Source of the DNA: Alphaproteobacteria bacterium
Lineage (GTDB): Bacteria > Pseudomonadota > Alphaproteobacteria > Bin95
Assembly (NCBI GenBank): GCA_963665325.3
Contig: OZ224045.1
Coordinates: 1,472,001 to 1,536,000 of the forward strand
Direction: 5' to 3'
Length of the DNA: 64,000 nt
Shown here: in pieces, positions 29,507 through 39,330 of the stretch
Layout of the letters: every line of letters begins with the position of its first letter
Position numbering within the stretch: position 1 is the first letter of the stretch
Notes under the pieces: model-generated
What the model saw: the letters and a program-made list of their open reading frames with translations, nothing else
The model's database searches: none
What the model was told of the DNA's origin: nothing
Translations under genes and position numbers: made by a program

Positions 29507-30421
29507 ATGAGACTGATTCATCCAATCTACCTTGATATACCCATGCTAGTGTCGTTTCCGGCGGCCTTTGAAGGAGGACTGTCATTCGGCACCGAAGTGA
29601 CTAGAGAGGAATCCAGTTCTTCGGCGGTTGCATTGGATGGTGGAGCGAAGTTTGGCTTGAGTCGATTGTTTGGCCAGTTTCTCGATGCGTCGGCCTCTTT
29701 GGATGTTCATGATACACAAGAGGGTATTGAACGGTCTGTGGAACGCACTTCGAGAGCTCATACAGAGTCTTCGGTTGCGATTCTACTATATGATAAATTG
29801 AGAAACGGTTCTGGTTATATTATCGATTTAGAAACGCTCGACGCTGCGAGGGAAATTGAGCCTGGTGCTTTAGTGGAAATTGCAGGAACTGTGGAGAAAA
29901 ATGCCATAGATGCAATAATTGACTGTATCGACGCGGTAAATATTCTTAGCAAGTTAGGGTCGGAAGACCAGCCTGAAGATTTCGAAAGAACATCTGGAAA
30001 GCGGAGAAATAATTCAGGCAGTTCTAGAAGTAAAAGAAGTAGTAACAATCCTTTGGCCGCTATACGCGATGCGCTTGATCAAGATCGTAAGCGGACACCA
30101 ATATCCAATATCCTTTTGCGTTGCAGTACCCCGAATGAAGTTACAGCTGTCGTTACACTCCGCACAGAGAATCTTCGAGATCTAACCCTTAGCGAGTTGC
30201 ACAAGAATAGCGTTCGTGTTCTTGGAAAGGTAACAAGAGTCATTGATCATGGAGAAAGTATGAGCCCATTTGAGAATTATGGAATGGCACTATTGCACCC
30301 GAGCACGTTGCAGGAAGCTTTTCGCGAACTTGGAAATAATGATGCAGTAGCTTTCGAGTTAAGCGAAGTGCAAGTCCAAGGACCGGCGCTGCAAATATTG
30401 CCACTGATGGTTTTTGTATGA
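29507..30421 (+). CDS. Low-GC hypothetical protein (DUF6414-like)
   Basis: HPIYLDIPMLVSF..EGG, VRVLGKVTR; AT-rich relative to flanks. Confidence 0.7.
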   Translation: MRLIHPIYLDIPMLVSFPAAFEGGLSFGTEVTREESSSSAVALDGGAKFGLSRLFGQFLDASASLDVHDTQEGIERSVERTSRAHTESSVAILLYDKLRNGSGYIIDLETLDAAREIEPGALVEIAGTVEKNAIDAIIDCIDAVNILSKLGSEDQPEDFERTSGKRRNNSGSSRSKRSSNNPLAAIRDALDQDRKRTPISNILLRCSTPNEVTAVVTLRTENLRDLTLSELHKNSVRVLGKVTRVIDHGESMSPFENYGMALLHPSTLQEAFRELGNNDAVAFELSEVQVQGPALQILPLMVFV

Positions 30422-30526
30422 AGGAGCTATAGGGGCATATTGAATGCGTTTCGACATAGTTTCCTAGAGTCCCGTTGACGATAGTAGAAAATGTTATGAA
30501 GTTGGGGTTAATCTGCTGGCGGGCCC

Positions 30527-31006
30527 TCACCCCTCCAGGTCGCCGTGGATGGCGAATTGTTCGAGGCCGGCGTCCTGGGGTTTGATGGAGCGGAAGCTTT
30601 CGCGCACTCCGGACTCGGTGAGTTCTCGGGCGACCGTCAGCAGCGTGTTGGTGTCGTGGTCCTCGCAGAGCTCGGACATCTGCGTCAGTTCCTCCTGCGC
30701 GACGGGCAACGCCGCCTCGACCGAGGGCGCCCCGTAAATCTGGACGAAATGCTCGGAGAGCCGCGCGGCCAGCGCCTCGAACTCCTCTTCCCGGATCGGG
30801 GTGACGGCGACGAAGGTGACGCGCCCGAAGGTCTCGACGCCGAGCCAGCCGTTGGCGAAGGCCTGGCGCGCCTTGCCCGCGAGGTCCGCCTCGGTCCAGT
30901 TGGAGAACTCGAAGCCGCCCGGAATGCACCACTCGCCCGTGCGCGCCGGGCTGTGGAAGATTCGCATGTCGCTCTCGTCGAAATGAATGGCGCGCGCGAG
31001 GTTCAT
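30527..31006 (-). CDS. DUF6505-like protein (FDH accessory cluster)
   Basis: LARAIHFDESD..GEWCIPGGFEF..QAFANGWLG. Confidence 0.8.
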   Translation of the reverse strand: MNLARAIHFDESDMRIFHSPARTGEWCIPGGFEFSNWTEADLAGKARQAFANGWLGVETFGRVTFVAVTPIREEEFEALAARLSEHFVQIYGAPSVEAALPVAQEELTQMSELCEDHDTNTLLTVARELTESGVRESFRSIKPQDAGLEQFAIHGDLEG

Positions 31007-31719
31007 TGCGGTCCCCCTCGTTCCAGCAGGCCGGAGAGCGGCAGCAGGCTCGTCGTGTTCCCTTCGCGCAGCAGCATGCCGAAGCGCTCGTCTATGCCGA
31101 CGAAGAGGCCCGCCCGCCCGCCGACGGTGGCTTCCTCTCCGATGCCGTGGGCGAGGCCGCGCCATTCCCCGTGCAGCGGCGCGGCTCCGTCGTCGGACCA
31201 GCGATTGATCCAGACCAGCGTGTGGCGCGACCAGCTTTCGAGCAGCGCGTCGGGCGCCACCTCGACGCAGCCCTCCTCATAGAGCGAGGTCCGGTCCGGC
31301 GCGGCGCCGGGCGCATCTGCGTCCTCGGCGATAAGCGGCACTTCGAGGCCGACGACCAGCCAGTCCGGCACCTCCTCCGGCCCGCAGTCGGCGGCGGCGG
31401 CGCGGAGCCGCCCGCAGGATGCGCCATTCACAAGGATGCCGCCCTCCCAGGTGAGATGCACGGCCACCTCCGGCGGCGCCAGCGCGCCGAGCGCATTCTG
31501 GAACCCGACCCCGCAGGCGGGCAGCATCGCCATCGCGTCCTCCAGCACCACTTCCGGCGCGAACACGATGGCGGCCGCCAGCCCGTCGGCGCGGATATTG
31601 TAGATGACGGTCCCGCCGTCGCAGCCTAGCGCCGCGAGCGCGCAGGCCTTGGCGAAGGGGTCCGTGCGGCCCTCGACCGCCTGGCCCCTGAACAGCGGCG
31701 GGAAGACCGGATCGCTCAT
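31003..31719 (-). CDS. Biotin/lipoate-protein ligase-like protein (DUF4444-like)
   Basis: PVFPPLF, AIVFAPEV, ILVNGASCG, TSLYEEG. Confidence 0.8.
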   Translation of the reverse strand: MSDPVFPPLFRGQAVEGRTDPFAKACALAALGCDGGTVIYNIRADGLAAAIVFAPEVVLEDAMAMLPACGVGFQNALGALAPPEVAVHLTWEGGILVNGASCGRLRAAAADCGPEEVPDWLVVGLEVPLIAEDADAPGAAPDRTSLYEEGCVEVAPDALLESWSRHTLVWINRWSDDGAAPLHGEWRGLAHGIGEEATVGGRAGLFVGIDERFGMLLREGNTTSLLPLSGLLERGGPQ

Positions 31720-32783
31720 CCCGCCCCGGTCTCGATCAGATGCCGTGCTATGCCGCGGAAGGCCATCGCCTCGGGCGAGGTGGGCCGCGATACCACGATG
31801 GGTGCGCCGCCGTCGGAGGCGAGCCGGATGCTGAGCGCCAGCGGAATGTCCGCAAGCAGCGGGATGCCGAGCTTCTCCGCCTCGGCGCGCACCCCGCCAT
31901 GGCCGAACAGGTGCTCCTCGTGCCCGCAATTGGAGCAGATATGCGTGGACATGTTCTCGATCATGCCGAGGATCGGTACCGACATCTTGCGGAACATGTC
32001 CACGCCCTTGCGGGCGTCGAGCAGCGCCACGTCCTGCGGGGTGGAGACGACGATGGCGCCCGTGACCTCGGCGTTTTGCGAGAGCGTCATCGGCACATCG
32101 CCCGTGCCCGGCGGCAGGTCCACCAGCAGCACGTCGAGCGCGCCCCACTGCACCTGGTTCATCATCTGCTGGAGCGCGCCCATCAGCATCGGCCCGCGCC
32201 AGACGACCGCCTCGTCCTCGCGTGTCATCAGGCCGATGGACATCATGGTGACGCCGTGGTTGCGCAACGGCAGGATGGTCTTGCCGTCGGGCGAAGCCGG
32301 GCGGCCGGAGACGCCGAGCATTCGCGGCTGCGAGGGCCCGTAGACATCGGCATCGAGCAGGCCGACGCGGCGTCCCTCGGCGGCCAGCGCCGCGGCGAGA
32401 TTGGCGGTCACGGTGGACTTGCCGACACCGCCCTTGCCCGACGCGATGGCGACAATGCGGTCCACGCCCGGAATCTGCTGAGGTCCGGCGGGCTCGGACC
32501 GGCGGCCGATATTGAGTTCCGGCCCCGGCGGGGCGTCGCGGTGGGCGGTCAGCACGGCAGACACCTGCTCGACGCCGGGCACCGCGCGCACGGCGGCCTC
32601 GGCCTCGGCGCGCACGCCCTCCATGAGCTCGGCGCGGGCCGGGTCGATCTCCAGCACGAAACGCACCGTGCCGCTATCCACCGTCAGCGCCCGCACCGGG
32701 CCGGCCGAGACGAGGTCCTGCCCGCTGACAGGGTCGGTAACTCCCTTCAGCGCGTCCAGAACGTCCTCGCGCGTTGCGGTCAT
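31716..32783 (-). CDS. apbC: Mrp/ApbC Fe-S cluster carrier ATPase
   Basis: SGKGGVGKST, WRGPM, DLPPGTGD, ENMS..CSNCG. Confidence 0.95.
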   Translation of the reverse strand: MTATREDVLDALKGVTDPVSGQDLVSAGPVRALTVDSGTVRFVLEIDPARAELMEGVRAEAEAAVRAVPGVEQVSAVLTAHRDAPPGPELNIGRRSEPAGPQQIPGVDRIVAIASGKGGVGKSTVTANLAAALAAEGRRVGLLDADVYGPSQPRMLGVSGRPASPDGKTILPLRNHGVTMMSIGLMTREDEAVVWRGPMLMGALQQMMNQVQWGALDVLLVDLPPGTGDVPMTLSQNAEVTGAIVVSTPQDVALLDARKGVDMFRKMSVPILGMIENMSTHICSNCGHEEHLFGHGGVRAEAEKLGIPLLADIPLALSIRLASDGGAPIVVSRPTSPEAMAFRGIARHLIETGAG

Positions 32784-32983
32784 CCCGCCTTCCCGTCGAT
32801 GCGCCCCTCGACGCTGTGGGTGAGGTCGAGCTCGTCAACGGTCAACACTATTCGCGCGGTGAAGCTCTTGCCTTCCGTCTGCGCCGGCCCGGCATTGCGC
32901 ATCGCCTCTTCGATCGCCTGCTGCGAGGTGACCCCGACCTGTTTCAGGAACTTGCGCATCGACATGTTGAAATCGCCGCTCAT
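32780..32983 (-). CDS. DUF6494-like small protein
   Basis: FNMSMRKFLKQVGVTSQQAIE. Confidence 0.8.
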   Translation of the reverse strand: MSGDFNMSMRKFLKQVGVTSQQAIEEAMRNAGPAQTEGKSFTARIVLTVDELDLTHSVEGRIDGKAG

Positions 32984-33094
32984 CGGAACCTCCTCCAGCA
33001 TCTTCGTCCGAGTTTAGCGGAGTTTAGCGGAGACTCCCCGTAAAGTCCGCGCGCCTGCTAGGCTGCAACTGTCCTCAGCGCGGGAGGGACGGCG

Positions 33095-33862
33095 ATGTCG
33101 ATTCGGCAGGCACTCGGACTGGCCGCATTGCTGATGCTTGCGGCCGCCGGCGCAGAGGCGCAGGAGCGCCGGATCACGGTGGCGGCGAGCGCCGAGCTGA
33201 TCGAGAGCGGGCTGCTGAAACACATGCTGCCGCGCTTCTCGCTGAAGACGAGCATCCGGACGACCCCGGTGCCGCTCGAACCGGGCATCGAGGCGGACGT
33301 ATCGATCGGTCCGGCGGTGGAGGGGGGCCAACCGGTCTTCCGGCGCGGAGAGACCATTTATCTTGCCGGCCCCGGCGGAGGCCCGCGCACGGAACTGGCG
33401 AAACGCTTCCTCGACTGGCTCGCTTCCGATATCGGCCAGCGCACCGTGGCGTCCTTTGCGCCGGACGGGAAGCCGCTCTACGAGCCGGCGGCGGGCCCGA
33501 AGGCGGTGGTGCAGGCCCCGGCGGTGACGGGCGACGCGATGGCCGGCGAGCGCCTGGCGCTGGTTCATTGCGGGCGCTGCCATGTGGTCGGGCCGAAGAA
33601 CCGCATGGCGGGCATCGGCTCGACGCCCTCCTTCGGCATGCTGCGCACGCTCGGCGACTGGCAGCGGCGCTTCCGGGCGTTCTTCACGCTGAACCCGCAT
33701 CCGTCCTTCACGCAGGTCGCCGGCGTCACGCCGCCCTTCGACGAGGCGCGCCCATCGCCCATCGCGCCGCTGGAGATCACGGTCTCCGACATCGACGCGA
33801 TCCTGGCCTATGTCGCCACCATCGCCCCGGCCGACCTCGCCGAGCCGCTCAAATACGAGTAA
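33095..33862 (+). CDS. Periplasmic mono-haem cytochrome c with N-terminal binding-protein-like domain
   Basis: Signal peptide, ESGLLKHMLPRF, CGRCH haem motif. Confidence 0.75.
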   Translation: MSIRQALGLAALLMLAAAGAEAQERRITVAASAELIESGLLKHMLPRFSLKTSIRTTPVPLEPGIEADVSIGPAVEGGQPVFRRGETIYLAGPGGGPRTELAKRFLDWLASDIGQRTVASFAPDGKPLYEPAAGPKAVVQAPAVTGDAMAGERLALVHCGRCHVVGPKNRMAGIGSTPSFGMLRTLGDWQRRFRAFFTLNPHPSFTQVAGVTPPFDEARPSPIAPLEITVSDIDAILAYVATIAPADLAEPLKYE

Positions 33863-35003
33863 TCCCGCCACCTGCGCCTCGATAATGCGCGGCCAGCCGG
33901 CCAGAGAGCGCCAGCACCGCGTCGAGCTCCCGCCTCCCGGACCAACCGGCGAACTCATGCAGCCCTATCGCCGCCTCGCCGTCCCGGCCGAGCAGCAGCA
34001 CGGCATCGCCGACTGCGGCATCCTCGACATCGGAGAGGTCCAGGGTCAGATGCTCCAGCGACACGGCCAGGACCGGCGCCCGCCGGCCGCGGATGAGCGC
34101 CTCCGGCCGGCTGCCCGGCGCGGGCCGGGCCAGGCCCTGGGCGGCGCCGACGGGTGCGACGCCGGTGCGGCGGCCGCGGCGAATCCCGTAGCTGCCGGCG
34201 ATCGCGATATCGCTGCCCTGCGGATGGTCGGAGACCTGCACCAGCCGGCTGCCGACCTCCGCCAGAACGGGCCGGAACGCCGACAGGTCAGCGACCGAGG
34301 CATCGGCGAAAGGCGACAGGCCGTAGAGCAGGTGGCCGACGCAGACCGCATTGCCCCGGTCGGCCAAACCGGCGGCGACGGAGGCGCTGGCGCCGGCCTG
34401 CGTGACCGGCGGCGCCAGCCCGCGCTCTTTGAGGCGCGCAAGGAAAGAGTCGAAAGCGGCGAACCTCTGCCCCGCCCAGTCGCGTCCGCGCGCGTCGCCG
34501 AAAGGCAGGTGCGTATAGAGCCCCTGCACCTCGAGGCCCGGCATGGCGGCGAGGTCCACAAGAAAGCCTTCGGCCTCCTCGAGCGGCACGCCGAGCCGCC
34601 CCAGCCCGGCATCGACCTTGACATAGACCGGGACGGTTTCGCCCGCTGCCGCCGCGCGCGCCGCGGCCTCCGCGCCCGCCCGGTCCACGATTGTCGGGAC
34701 CAGCCCGGCGCGAATCAGGTCGGCCATGCCCTCCGGCAACGCGCCCGCGAACATGACGACCGGCGTGCGAAGCCCTTCCGAACGCAGCCGGCAGGCTTCG
34801 TCGTAGGAGCCGGTCATGAACGCCGCCAGCCCCTCGCCCTCGAGCGCCCGCGCCACGGGAACCGCGCCATGGCCGTAGGCGTTGCCCTTGAGCGCCGCGA
34901 TGAAGGACTGGCCGGGTGCGCACCGGCGGCGAATCGCGGCGAGATTGGCCAGCAGCCGGTCCAGGTCGTAAACGGCCCAGCCGGGATGCACGGAGTCAGA
35001 CAT
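33849..35003 (-). CDS. Alanine racemase family PLP enzyme (divergent)
   Basis: AALKGNAYGHG, KVDAGLGRLG, YTHL, GSYG. Confidence 0.88.
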   Translation of the reverse strand: MSDSVHPGWAVYDLDRLLANLAAIRRRCAPGQSFIAALKGNAYGHGAVPVARALEGEGLAAFMTGSYDEACRLRSEGLRTPVVMFAGALPEGMADLIRAGLVPTIVDRAGAEAAARAAAAGETVPVYVKVDAGLGRLGVPLEEAEGFLVDLAAMPGLEVQGLYTHLPFGDARGRDWAGQRFAAFDSFLARLKERGLAPPVTQAGASASVAAGLADRGNAVCVGHLLYGLSPFADASVADLSAFRPVLAEVGSRLVQVSDHPQGSDIAIAGSYGIRRGRRTGVAPVGAAQGLARPAPGSRPEALIRGRRAPVLAVSLEHLTLDLSDVEDAAVGDAVLLLGRDGEAAIGLHEFAGWSGRRELDAVLALSGRLAAHYRGAGGGITRI

Positions 35004-35156
35004 TCGGCAATCCTCCCCGGTACGCCGCCGGCATGCCGTCCCGGCCGGCGCGCATCGCGACCGCCTTATACCGCCATACGGCCCGGAGCCGATGAGCCAA
35101 TGGCCGGATTTCGACAAACGCGGCACGGCACGGTTGCAGGGCCCACTCCATCTGGA

Positions 35157-35185
35157 TGTCATGAAATGTCATGAAATGTCATGAG
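35157..35185. repeat. 10-bp tandem repeat (ATGTCATGAA) x3
   Basis: ATGTCATGAAATGTCATGAAATGTCATGA. Confidence 0.85.
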
Positions 35186-35679
35186 GCGCGTCGCGCCGCA
35201 CCCCTCTCGGCCTGCCTCGCCGAAGCTCCGCCCGCCGCCATCCTGCATGCCGTTCCTCCATCGCGTTTCGTTCTACTCCGTTCCGTTTCCCCCGCCGCCG
35301 GCTTTCCCGGGCGGTGGGACCCTTTTTCGCGCGTATCGCGTGCGGGTGCGGGCGCCCGTTGGCGCCGGCGCGGTTCGCGCGCCTGATTGCGCCTGCGCGC
35401 GCAAGGCAAACGCAAGGCATACGTCTCCCGTTACTTTCTCAGGGCTCTTTTTTCGCGCCGGCGCGAACGGTAGGAACCCGGCCCCGCGCGGATACCGGTC
35501 CCTTCCTCCCGCCCCATATTGGCACGGTTGGTTCCGGTGTCAAGATCATGAATAAGAATTATTTCATATAACATGAACAAACGGCTGGTCGCAGTCGCGG
35601 GTCCGGCGGAGCAGGCCCCTTGTCTTGAGAGCCGGCGTCGTCATGCTTGCCTCGACAGTGGCGAGAGAGGGGCCCGACA

Positions 35680-36076
35680 GTGGAACCGATTGCGGAAACG
35701 GCCTATGCCAATCTGGACCGGCTCTCATGTCTCGAGATCCAGGGAGCGGCGCTGCCGCACGGCGTAAAGACGGGCCTCTACGAGGCGGCGCGGGAAGCCG
35801 AGGGCCGGCCGCTCACCCTTGCCGCGGCCGAACTGCTCGACCGGCCGCCGGCCCGTATCGGCATCGTCACGGGGGCCGCCGTTCCCGACCACATGCCCGC
35901 AGGCGAGAATGACGGACCGCTGGGCTCGGTTGTGCTGGCGCAGGCCCTCGTCCGCATGGGGCATCGGGTGAGTTTCTATACCGACCCGCCGGCGGCGCCG
36001 GCGATAGAGGCCCTGGCGGCGCGTTACGGCCTCGACGCGCCGACGGTGCATCTCGGCCTGCACGACACCGCGCAGC
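35680..36076 (+). pseudogene. DUF4392/D-glutamate cyclase-like gene, 5' part, interrupted by the integrative element
   Basis: IGIVTGAAVP..GENDGPLGSVVLAQAL; frame continues at 58681. Confidence 0.85.
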
Positions 36077-36195
36077 GCACCGGTGGGTGCTAACTATCTG
36101 ACTTAGTGTCGTTTTTTCTCCCGAAAATATAGCGGTCGGGGAAGCGGTTTGCAACTGCCTGTTCCCCGGCTGCCACCGGAGCCGGGAGAAAAGGC

Positions 36196-37320
36196 ATGCC
36201 TGCAACCATCCTCACCGACGCCCGCGTAAGGGCGCTCAAATCGCGCAAGACAGTCCGCGACTTCCGTGACGGCAAGCTCAGGGGCTTCGGCGTGCGCGTG
36301 TCGCCGTCGGGCCGCAAGCAGTTCTTCATCCAGTGCCAGCATGGGGGCGAACGGACCTGGAGGATCGTCGGCGACGCCGGGAGCATGAACGTCACGGAGG
36401 CGCGGGCTTCGGCTGATGAAATGCTTGCCGCCGTCCGGCGCGGCGAGGACATGGTCCACGCGCCCGGCGAGACTGTCTTCGAAGCCGTCGCCGAGGCGAC
36501 GTTCGGGCATTACGAGCGGCTCTGGAAGCCGGGGACGCTGTCCGTCAATCGCTACTATCTTCGCAACCAGCTGTTGCCGTATTTCGCGGGGCGGACGATC
36601 GCCGACATCGACCGGCAGGAGGTGAGGAACTGGTTCGCCCGCCTGCACGCGACACCGGTCGCCGCGGACAGGTCCATGCCGATCCTGTCCGTCATCATGA
36701 CGGAGGCGGAGCGGCTGGGCCTGCGGCCCGAGGGCTCCAATCCCTGCCGGGGCATCAGGCGCTACCGCCGCAAGGGCCGGGAGCGTTTCCTGTCCGACGA
36801 CGAAATCCGCCGCCTGTCGGAAAGGTTGACTGCGCATGAGGCACGTTGGCCCGGACAGGCTGCGCTCATCCGCCTGCTGCTGCTCACCGGGTGCCGCAAG
36901 AGCGAAATCCTGACGCTCAGGTGGTCTGACTACCGGGACGCCCATCTGTTCTTGCGCGACAGCAAGACGGGGCCGAGGACCGTGTGGCTCTCCGGACCGG
37001 CGTGCGCCGTTCTCGACGGCATCGAGCGGAAGGGACGCTGGGTGTTCCCGGCGTCGCGGAGTGACCGCCCCCGGAGCATCAACTGGCTGGAACGTTTCTG
37101 GAAGCGGGTCCGCGCCGAGGCGGAGCTTGAGGACGTGCATCTTCACGACCTTCGCCATACCGTAGCCAGCCTGGCCCTCAGGCAGGGCGAGACCGTGCTG
37201 GCGATCGGGAGGCTGCTCGGCCACAACAGGCCCGAGACCACGCTGAAATACATCCACCTTGCCGACGCCATGGTGCGCGATGCCGCCGAGACGGTCGGCA
37301 CCGCGCTGGCAGGAGAATAA
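36196..37320 (+). CDS. Tyrosine integrase 1 (arm-binding N-domain)
   Basis: LTDARVRALK..GFGVRV; TGCR, KTG, HDLRH, LLGH, TLKY. Confidence 0.95.
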   Translation: MPATILTDARVRALKSRKTVRDFRDGKLRGFGVRVSPSGRKQFFIQCQHGGERTWRIVGDAGSMNVTEARASADEMLAAVRRGEDMVHAPGETVFEAVAEATFGHYERLWKPGTLSVNRYYLRNQLLPYFAGRTIADIDRQEVRNWFARLHATPVAADRSMPILSVIMTEAERLGLRPEGSNPCRGIRRYRRKGRERFLSDDEIRRLSERLTAHEARWPGQAALIRLLLLTGCRKSEILTLRWSDYRDAHLFLRDSKTGPRTVWLSGPACAVLDGIERKGRWVFPASRSDRPRSINWLERFWKRVRAEAELEDVHLHDLRHTVASLALRQGETVLAIGRLLGHNRPETTLKYIHLADAMVRDAAETVGTALAGE

Positions 37321-37323
37321 GCC

Positions 37324-38493
37324 ATGGCGGCAAGAGAGAAGATGAAGCTCACCAACGCCGCCATTGCCCGGCTCCGGCCCCGCGAGCGGGAATACACGGT
37401 CTGGGACAGCGGCATTGCCGGCCTCGGCGTCCGGGTGCGGCCCACCGGCGGGCGCAGCTATGTGTTGCTTCTGGACATCGGCGGGCGTACGAAGCGCATC
37501 TCGCTCGGCCCGGTCGGCGTGAAGAGCCTTGAGGAGATCCGCAGGGAATGCCACGGCCGCCGCGCGAACCCGGAGCCCGGGACAAGGGTCGAGGCGGCCT
37601 GTCCGGTCCCGCTGTTCCGGGACTTCGTCGCGGGGCCGTGGAAGGCGGCGCATTACGACCGCTACAAGCCTTCGACGAAGAAGACCGCCCGATATACGCT
37701 GGCGAGCCAGCTTCTGCCCGTCTTCGGGTCGAAGCCGCTGGACCGCATAAGCGAGGCGCGGATCGGGCGCTGGTTCGACCGCTTCAGCCGCACCGCGCCC
37801 GGCAACGCCAATCACATACTCGGCCGCCTCCGGCAGATCCTGAACTTCGCCATCGCCTGCGGCCATATCGAACGCAATCCCGCCGACGGCATCGCGCTCA
37901 ACCGGCGGGCGAAGCTCATGCGCTTCCTGTCCACGGAGGAGCTCGGACGCCTGCATGCCGCGCTGGATGCGCAGACCCGCAAGGACAGACGGCCGCAGGC
38001 AGACATCATCCGGCTGCTGCTGCTCACCGGATGCCGCAAGGGCGAGATCGTCAATCTGCGCCGGTCGGAAATCCGCGACGGCATGCTGGCGCTCGCCGAT
38101 GCCAAGACGGGGCCGAGGACGGTTCCGCTTAACAACCAGGCCCGCGCCATTCTCGACCGGCAGCCGCGCGGCGGAAGCCCTTTCGTGTTCCCCTCTCCGC
38201 TCGACCCTGCCCGCCCGCGCACTGAACTCACCCTCTGGTATCGCGTCCGCCGCGAGGCCGGAATCGAGGACTGCCGTCTTCATGATCTCCGGCATACGAT
38301 GGCGAGTCACGCTGTCATGAACGGCGTGCCGGTACCGGTGGTCTCCAGGTTGCTGGGCCACAGCAACGTGCAGATGACGCTGCGCTACGCCCATCTCGCC
38401 GACCGCGACATCAAGGCGGCGGCAGAGCGGGTGGGGGAAGCCATGGCGAAGACCATGGCGGGTGACCCGTCCGAGGCACATGATCAGAACTGA
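37324..38493 (+). CDS. Tyrosine integrase 2 (paralogue)
   Basis: LTNAAIARL..GLGVRV; TGCR, KTG, HDLRH, LLGH, TLRY. Confidence 0.95.
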   Translation: MAAREKMKLTNAAIARLRPREREYTVWDSGIAGLGVRVRPTGGRSYVLLLDIGGRTKRISLGPVGVKSLEEIRRECHGRRANPEPGTRVEAACPVPLFRDFVAGPWKAAHYDRYKPSTKKTARYTLASQLLPVFGSKPLDRISEARIGRWFDRFSRTAPGNANHILGRLRQILNFAIACGHIERNPADGIALNRRAKLMRFLSTEELGRLHAALDAQTRKDRRPQADIIRLLLLTGCRKGEIVNLRRSEIRDGMLALADAKTGPRTVPLNNQARAILDRQPRGGSPFVFPSPLDPARPRTELTLWYRVRREAGIEDCRLHDLRHTMASHAVMNGVPVPVVSRLLGHSNVQMTLRYAHLADRDIKAAAERVGEAMAKTMAGDPSEAHDQN

Positions 38494-38579
38494 CCATGCC
38501 GGCACGATAACAGGCATGCACGATTACGTATGGCGCGACAAACAGGATGATACGAATCTCACCTTGATCGCTGCGCCAT

Positions 38580-39110
38580 ACTCGCGGCGCTCAAGTCCGA
38601 CTTCGCCGCCGGGATGATGCCGTCGGGGCGGTTCGGGGCGAGCGCCGCCTGGCTGTGGCTGGCGGCGATGGCGCTGCTGCGCCGCGCCGCCTACGGCCCC
38701 GAGTGGCGCTGGATACGAATGAAGTGCATCCGCGCGGTATGGCTCCACCTCGTCGCTCGCGGCGTGCGTCACGGGCGAGGGGTCAAGGTCGTGCCTGGCG
38801 CCGGCGGCGCCCATCTCATGGCCTCGCGCCAGCGGATGAATCTGGCCATGCCGCCGCTGGCATCCGCGCCCGGCTGACCCCACCTCGAACGGATCTGCAC
38901 CGATAAAACAATCCGGCACGACGCCGGACGGAGCCGCGCGCGCCCAAGACGTCGGTGAAGACCCAACCATCCCGAAAATGCCGACCTTCCCGCTCCGCAA
39001 AAGCCTCTTGCAAGCGACAACAGCCTGATCGACGACCCGGCAGAACCCGACAGCCCTGCTCAAGGCCGAAATCCAGTCGCAGCAAAAGAAATCAGTTCGC
39101 CGATCGGGGG
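38580..39110 (+). pseudogene. IS1380-like transposase C-terminal remnant with probable right end
   Basis: ALKSDFAAGMMPSGRFGASAAW..RMKCIR..ARGVRHGR; no N-terminus; ends near CCGATCGGGG. Confidence 0.55.
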
Positions 39111-39330
39111 CTCGTGCCACGGCTTGACTCCCGCGCCCATGCGCCGGACATTTTCTCTCGCAGACATTCCGCGCGTCCCGCTCTGTCGGGTCGCCCGCCG
39201 AATAGAACAGCCTGATACCCGGCGAGGGGTAGCTCCCCGCGCTTGGCGAATAGGCGGGGTCATCTCACGTGCGCGTGGAGTGTCTGCAACGGCCTGACGC
39301 CAGCCGGCCGGGCCTTGCAGAGGGTCCGTC

